Source: an uncultured virus (IMG/VR IMGVR_UViG_3300046327_000028) (taxonomy: Duplodnaviria > Heunggongvirae > Uroviricota > Caudoviricetes). Taken from it: a stretch of DNA of 20,000 bases. Position 1 is the first letter of the stretch. Every line of letters starts with the position of its first letter. The translations under genes were made by a program, and so were the position numbers. The notes under the pieces are model-generated. The model was not told the origin of the DNA, did not search any database, and was given only the letters and a program-made list of their open reading frames with translations. Below, piece by piece: positions 16,401 through 20,000 of the stretch. Where the stretch lies: the IMG/VR virus record IMGVR_UViG_3300046327_000028. The stretch is one strand, 5' to 3'.

Positions 16401-19400
16401 CGGAATGTAGAATCTTCTTTCAAATACTGAATGAACATCTCTGGCTTAGCTTTAGTGTACGTCTGCATTGCAGAAATAAACAATCTGTGCTCAGCATCTT
16501 CAAAGTTATCAAAGTCAATCTTACCAGTAACCATGTTACCGCCAAGCTTTACAAACAGCTGTACGTAGTCAGCATTTGACTTAGCGATGTCATACAACTT
16601 ATTTACAAAGTCATCAACGTTCTTGATGTTAACCAATCGATTAACCAATACACTATATACTTCGCTCTCAGGGATTAACTCTACTGTATCATATGCTTCA
16701 TTGATTTTAGGATTTGGAAGCATTGTAGGATCCTCAGATTGTTTACCATCTGTTCTTAACAATGAGCTATTTAAAATCTTAACTGCATATGGTGTAGATT
16801 TCTTTAAGTTAACACTGAATGCTTCAGGAGCATATAACTTATCTGACGCACCTTCATCATTAATTGTTACTATTTCTTCAGCATCAAATGAAATGTATAA
16901 ACCATTAAGCTGACGTTTGGTAGCATCAATGATTTCCATGTATTGTTCATCTGTATACTGAGCTCCTTTATTCTTGTATGTATCTACAATATTCTTGAAG
17001 ATAGCATTAGCAGAAGTCTTATCGAAGTTAAACAATGATGCAGTATCTTTAAATAATGAAAGATAAAATGCTGCTTTAAAGTCTTCAGTTAGATAATACT
17101 TTTGTTCTGCAGATAACTCTGGGAACACAGGATATCCATTTCTTTTCTTGCGTTGCTTAGGGGTAATTTGTTGATTCAAGAATTCTTGAGCAACACCTAC
17201 ACCAGTATTTGGAGCACCTGTAGCTTCTTCTAATTGCTCAGACATGAATGTCAATAAGTCATTGAACTTAGAATTAGAAAGTCCTACAACTTTAGAAATC
17301 AATTCTACTAACTGAGTGAATAGATTTTTCTTAGCATACGCAGGTGTAGTTCCTGGCATAAGCTTTAGGAACTTAATCATATCAGGATCTGTAAGACCCA
17401 TTGTAGCCATCTCTTCTGGAGACTTAGCAATATAGTCTAATGCCTGACGAAGATATGTAATCTGTGGTTTAGAGAAGTTATCAGCTATAAGTTTAGCTGC
17501 TTTTTTATCAACACCTGATACACCTTTGTGGAAATAATCTTCTACACTTTGATAGATATCAGTTAAGCCTTTATATAACTCAGTGCCTTTTACATCACCT
17601 TTCTCATTAAGTCTAATCTTAATTAAGCCGTGTGTAAACTCATGAGCAATAACATATTTCTGTTCAGCTTTTGTTTTCTTATCAAATGCAGCTCTATTGA
17701 TTGTTAATATAACTTCATACTTACCATCAACTAATTCAGAATCAATAGAAGCAACACCAGGAAGTTTACCTCCTCTATGTGCAGCATCGTATGATACTTG
17801 AATGTTATTATCTATTAAGATTGGAGTGATGAATTTAAACTCATCAGTTAATCCGTAGTTATCTAATACTTCATTAAGACTTTCTAATTGTCCAACAGCT
17901 GAAGTAGTTGGTACTTCAGGAACTACAGCAGCTTTTACTTCATTAGCAAGTTGATTAGCAACAGCATTGTTAGCTAACTTCTCAGCTGTTCTAGCTAATG
18001 ATAGACGTAACTCATCAGGATCTGCTTTAGCAAACTCAGGCTTTTGAAGTAATTTAAGAACACCTTCTGCTAATTCACCATTTAAGAACTCTGGAGAAAG
18101 ATCTAATGTAGCTTTTGTACCATCGTGAGTAAATGTAAATACAACTCCTTGTAGTTCAATCTTATTAGGATCTGTACCATTTGTAGCGTACTTAGTAGGA
18201 GCTGTGTTAACTGGATTAGTTGCACCAAGCTCTTTCTTAATTTCCTCAGCTACAGCACGTAGCATGTCAGATAATAATTTTTCTGGATCTTGTTTAGCTA
18301 GTTCAGGATCACCAGCCATAGCTCTTTGTACTCTTTCTTCTACGGCAGTTTGCATATTTGCATCAGCTGTAAACTTAAGTCCTTCTGGTCCGTATGTAAA
18401 TTTAAAATCAATACCAAATACATTCATGGTATTAACTTTCTTACCAGTTAAGTCATACTTAGTAACTTGTGGATTTGCTAACTGTAAGTTAGTAGGGAAT
18501 GCGTACTTCTGCTCATAAACATATGGTACAGATTCTGTAGGAACTGTAATGTTAACTGTAAGAGGAGGAGCTGTAGTTCTCTTAGTTTTATTATCTGGCA
18601 TTACATCAGATAACAAATATGTTTGATAGTTCTTCCACTTACGCTCTTTCAATTCTTTACCATCCCAGAATTGTTCATAGAACGATTCGTTGAAATACTT
18701 AGTTAGTAATTCATTACTAGTGTTTGTATAAACATTAGATAACTTCTCAATGATTTCTTTCTTCTGACCTTCAACATCAGAAAAGTCAAAGTTTGTACCA
18801 GCAATATTAATCTCAGCTGTGGCGTAATTAATATAGAAAGAGTTGTTTGTTACTTTCTTAGAGCTCCAGAATAATACAGCTTTAATGTAGTTTAATAACT
18901 TAGCATTCTCTTTCTTCTTCTGATCTGTGGACATAGAAGTATCAGCAAACACATTGTGTAGCTTCTTCAATACCTCAACAAATGTAACAGCTTGATTAGG
19001 AGTGATCTTATCGTTCTGTAAGTATTCTAACTTATCACCGTATTTCAATACAGGTCTACCGACAGCAAACTTGTAACTCATACCGTTCTTGTGAACAATA
19101 TATCCTAATGTAGATACTTCGATAAGACCTTGTACACCTGAGATTACAGATTGTTTAATCTTACCAAATACTTCAGAGATAGGATTGTGTTGAACATTAC
19201 CTTTTTCTCTTACAGCAAAACCTTTAGATAAATCAAACTCATAAGAATCTATAGATTGTCCTGGTTGATACTCAGCTTTAAATAACTCTGCACGTTTATC
19301 TTTCCATAATTCTCTATAATGCTTAATGACTTCAGGATCATCACTAGATCTACCTTCACCATCTGTTGTAGGAGTTGTAGAGAAGATTGTTTGTTTGATA

Positions 19401-20000
19401 TCAAAGTTGTTATTAGGATTACCTAATACAGCATCACTGCCATCTTGGTTCTTAATACGCTTACCATCTTTATCAATCAAGAATAGTTTACCACCTTCTT
19501 GTTCAACAAAGACAGCCATTACTAATCCTTTCTCAACACCTGTAATACTTTCTAACCAATCAGTTGTAGTTTCAAAACTACCATCTTTCATGTATGATAA
19601 TTCTGCAAGACGAGATAATCCTAATGCATCTTGTTGATTAGGAGTTACATATACAAAACGAATATTCTTACGATTAGGTAAACTATCTAGATTGTTTGTA
19701 AACTCGTTATAGCGAACAATATTAATAGGAAGACCAGCAGTATATCTTGGGTCGCTACTAGATGCAGTTTTTGTACGAAAGAATAACTTCTCTGCAGAAG
19801 GAAGACCTGGTTCTTTATCACCTACATATTCATCAACTTCAAATCCTGTACTGAAATCAGACTTCTCTTCTATCTCATCTTGAATATCTTTAATCTGTTG
19901 TGCGTTACTAATGATAACATCTCTACCATCACGAACTCTTTCTGCACCTGAGAACAGTTCAGGATTAAATTTAACAACTGATCCATCAGATAGTTCTATA
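10451..20000 (-). CDS. Giant virion-packaged DNA-dependent RNA polymerase polyprotein (crAss-like, phi14:2 gp66-type), 5'-truncated by the window, >=3182 aa
   Basis: Catalytic GSDFDIDK (13420-13397), RIPTQ (13531-13517), ADG (14758-14750), KP/HKMS..PL/SGAKFG motifs. Manual translation of 19592-19999 in the same frame gives 136 more codons with no stop and no ATG, so the true start probably lies outside the window. Confidence 0.92.
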   Translation of the reverse strand, partial: IELSDGSVVKFNPELFSGAERVRDGRDVIISNAQQIKDIQDEIEEKSDFSTGFEVDEYVGDKEPGLPSAEKLFFRTKTASSSDPRYTAGLPINIVRYNEFTNNLDSLPNRKNIRFVYVTPNQQDALGLSRLAELSYMKDGSFETTTDWLESITGVEKGLVMAVFVEQEGGKLFLIDKDGKRIKNQDGSDAVLGNPNNNFDIKQTIFSTTPTTDGEGRSSDDPEVIKHYRELWKDKRAELFKAEYQPGQSIDSYEFDLSKGFAVREKGNVQHNPISEVFGKIKQSVISGVQGLIEVSTLGYIVHKNGMSYKFAVGRPVLKYGDKLEYLQNDKITPNQAVTFVEVLKKLHNVFADTSMSTDQKKKENAKLLNYIKAVLFWSSKKVTNNSFYINYATAEINIAGTNFDFSDVEGQKKEIIEKLSNVYTNTSNELLTKYFNESFYEQFWDGKELKERKWKNYQTYLLSDVMPDNKTKRTTAPPLTVNITVPTESVPYVYEQKYAFPTNLQLANPQVTKYDLTGKKVNTMNVFGIDFKFTYGPEGLKFTADANMQTAVEERVQRAMAGDPELAKQDPEKLLSDMLRAVAEEIKKELGATNPVNTAPTKYATNGTDPNKIELQGVVFTFTHDGTKATLDLSPEFLNGELAEGVLKLLQKPEFAKADPDELRLSLARTAEKLANNAVANQLANEVKAAVVPEVPTTSAVGQLESLNEVLDNYGLTDEFKFITPILIDNNIQVSYDAAHRGGKLPGVASIDSELVDGKYEVILTINRAAFDKKTKAEQKYVIAHEFTHGLIKIRLNEKGDVKGTELYKGLTDIYQSVEDYFHKGVSGVDKKAAKLIADNFSKPQITYLRQALDYIAKSPEEMATMGLTDPDMIKFLKLMPGTTPAYAKKNLFTQLVELISKVVGLSNSKFNDLLTFMSEQLEEATGAPNTGVGVAQEFLNQQITPKQRKKRNGYPVFPELSAEQKYYLTEDFKAAFYLSLFKDTASLFNFDKTSANAIFKNIVDTYKNKGAQYTDEQYMEIIDATKRQLNGLYISFDAEEIVTINDEGASDKLYAPEAFSVNLKKSTPYAVKILNSSLLRTDGKQSEDPTMLPNPKINEAYDTVELIPESEVYSVLVNRLVNIKNVDDFVNKLYDIAKSNADYVQLFVKLGGNMVTGKIDFDNFEDAEHRLFISAMQTYTKAKPEMFIQYLKEDSTFRGAADLSTGAKQVEKRWINNMIIASKIESSIIKYNREQKQYEVDGDNIPENSIDFLNKIGITFTPSIYDKLSDVQKKEFEKAVIKMKADITSGKKKGVVSLKKGKFKTLGNGIARLADLFTAVEMPNQNNSIYNAEGKRINTLTESNYPSVFEYQFNSIMNLSEIKDKMPHLLDVFSASSDILKQGGLFFNEDGERIVDEDGNITELRVQVISGEIDTDENEGSGISGMSEADSYITQINQNIKGSYYILIPADSSTEWMMNLGNRISYKQFAEGRGSEEAIAMMRKHLDADIELALDAKNRKKLLNVEKKATELRFFKDILPESLNNEITSLIEQRVSGDLKEKKFRNELQEVLSTNDAKITESITKYLSDSAEDVTNKLKDLKLVTTSPQSKEGEVFYSFKKLDALFQDDIKAISGINANKMTEGDLNLISEFLSSNYILNNIEFHKIIFGDPYQFGVKEKNGKVILEETKRIKMFLSPRKFAIDYPALNSWLNESNNAIELEDDNYIDLDDTDYGYHESKSYINTAVIEEVIIEGGLYPGVDTKEADGFSYMDAGFYREVKTKNGQWSDQANDFHNWQMAYARKKLAARQVNGEPVYKGYKDKPALKKYDEELTSKPSPKFVIDVTKPIVAGVKLNATNIDLIGHKMSQMPLYFEAIEGTALEDVFIKMFNEKLDYVVMQSGAKFGIESMYELYKDGKINDEPMNNLIQIPFTAYGIQVETGYKDKKGQTLGSQPTKIATIDLFSGGEAIGDTPERQQVIKEAVERHDNALKRLYTEGADSLLNELGITIEDGEFVLANKEKVASVLRKQLLDDGASNNLIESLQINPETGDFNTPLESSPNYMQIVRLLYSIIHKRIISPKVNGMSAVQTPVTGWEDLSKGRRVVEINGKKVLTDDTLKFYEDEEGLRYCQVFVTLTPQARALFSDKKRFSDEDAIVKYLNTASPDALIAIGFRIPTQGLNSMERIKIKGILPEFMGTTVVVPSEITTKAGSDFDIDKLNLYMKALYKDSKGNIKVIEYKGSEEATKQFYSQVFDELSDKEQRFLSKKFEEVDLEDVDARQKLTTRQEELNDKIINKQNTVDKMYRQAIENEYYSAIDDLLALPENFERLTTPNTTDTLMGIANKMDELTNYDESKIKNRILDRQYMSFLRYAFQKGKSWIGISATATTGLSLAQKSGLFVDHVFKMSLPHNKTADGKVDLSQRFFAGTKNYISDILSEFTSAFADAGSDPFIFKLIYSNAVVSPAMFLTRAGVNIKQAMFFLNQPIVKDFVTTADADGKYILTEMTAEKSTLIDSIKSKYAASKDAVERTEEIDVNNLDKNIGVEKLTEDQKAEQLLILQEFFSVAKAANGLFIITEATNYDTFKSSNADDFRRKQIKTLTQYKFAQDSFRISSAKDLLDKTHLRSLVDGLTKANRGLGKILRFNTPDYRAVINQVIDTYAMNDFISPIDFSKIANKLSGSLLDYIIQTNINFDIPNLVYGEDSVINKFQKAVEAYPNMKILQDLEVIPGKTINAPSTIALKVAADSSADVDRYTEAFRELRDNPETNDLYKSLLNLAIVQGTYKTAVSFKEVMPQEDVSAEITKAINTPGVENRLKDFYENVRFQRTNFNDPNIAPRINPPMRSVPEADIYLPFGDIIEAYAFPSAITFNGANKESSRDLIGLGLKSKGAGYDFVTITRGTYTKEGELVDFESGYTVQPSDLAIQLQKDENIYNKVYGYQKVKYRNGMPVKMKMSKTSPEQYVFKLVNLYGDGRFLTQYQNTLQKSELNNGTVKVDKEYSDDAIIKALDNQGKLVGYSETSIAPVAAQPVAETSPVEQKPANIEILEKLEMAKNKLEAFEFSTDGIFYNYFKSGARIKPGSFDKLVDRNRRSASTNGAYTSTKGAYSYDSLASQAFQASSMEVDDTFAVEALEEFLSNYPDTWKTPYENIMNEIKDLENQLNPAKKSTEKVVSSQLSLFDENQPEGLPAINRSPKTC
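10727..10767. repeat. Short tandem duplication, 21-nt period (encodes STNGAY-T-STKGAY)
   Basis: GTATGCACCTTTTGTACTAG (10727-10746) vs GTATGCTCCGTTTGTACTAG (10748-10767), 18 of 20 identical. Confidence 0.8.
12698..14760 (-). other. Two-barrel (double-psi beta-barrel) RNAP catalytic core
   Basis: beta-like barrel motifs (DG; Lys-bearing motifs at about 14340-14520) are followed in the same chain by beta'-like motifs RxP and DxDxD (DFDID 13414-13400), then GKSWIGISA and ADAGSDP. Confidence 0.88.
17280..17860 (-). other. Zincin metallopeptidase module inside the RNAP polyprotein (boundaries approximate)
   Basis: HEFTH (17644-17630) preceded by a beta-strand (VILTIN), candidate third ligand in EEMATMGLTDP (17416-17411), and P/T/A/G-rich linkers on both sides. 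Confidence 0.8.
17960..18463 (-). repeat. Tandem duplication of an ~79-aa unknown domain (period 89 aa / 267 nt) in the RNAP polyprotein
   Basis: Copies at 18463-18227 and 18196-17960 align without gaps: TKYxxxGxxxNxxxxxGxxFxFT...PExAKxDPxxLxxxxxR, 17 of 79 identical by hand count. Confidence 0.75.

Larger units (their letters stand above)
1..20000 (-). mobile_element. Segment of a crAss-like (Crassvirales-type) tailed phage genome: virion RNAP/cargo cluster followed by tail fibre genes
   Basis: Giant co-oriented ORFs including a single-chain two-barrel RNAP with GSDFDIDK, zincin-like motifs and an S74-type tail fibre. No housekeeping genes and short intergenic spaces. Free phage versus integrated state cannot be told from this window. 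Confidence 0.88.

Noticed and set aside
341..19637. About 20 short plus-strand ORFs (62-111 aa) in the ORF track
   Set aside because: All lie antisense to long minus-strand genes, are S/L/I/F-rich as expected for shadow frames, and show no recognisable motifs.
95..20000. Stop-codon reassignment (TAG to Gln or TGA to Trp), known in some crAss-like phages
   Set aside because: More than 6400 codons of giant ORFs are uninterrupted under the standard code, and TAG appears to act as the stop of the 139-aa gene.

Overview
AT-rich, gene-dense segment with all real genes on the minus strand. It reads as the virion-cargo and tail-fibre region of a crAss-like (Crassvirales-type) phage, probably infecting Bacteroidota (inferred from a TAnnTTTG -7 element and A/T-rich leaders with no Shine-Dalgarno). 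In transcription order (right to left): (1) A giant protein, open past the right edge (>=3182 aa; the ORF-track start at 19591 is internal). It carries an 89-aa tandem duplication, a HEFTH zincin module, a two-barrel RNA polymerase core (DG, RIPTQ, GSDFDIDK, as in phi14:2 gp66-type virion RNAPs) and a C-terminal QLSLF clamp-binding-like motif. (2) A 1638-aa protein with a degenerate zincin (EETMH), an apparently intact PD-(D/E)xK nuclease and a long helical C-terminal region. (3) A structured 90-bp intergenic region. (4) A 1637-aa repeat-rich tail fibre with a C-terminal peptidase S74 chaperone. (5) A 139-aa hypothetical protein. (6) The start of another small gene. The most unusual signals are the near-total cysteine depletion of the two giant proteins except for a Cys pair at their shared junction, the QLSLF motif on the RNAP, and the protease/nuclease/polymerase architecture. 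All family assignments come from motif recognition by eye, not database searches.
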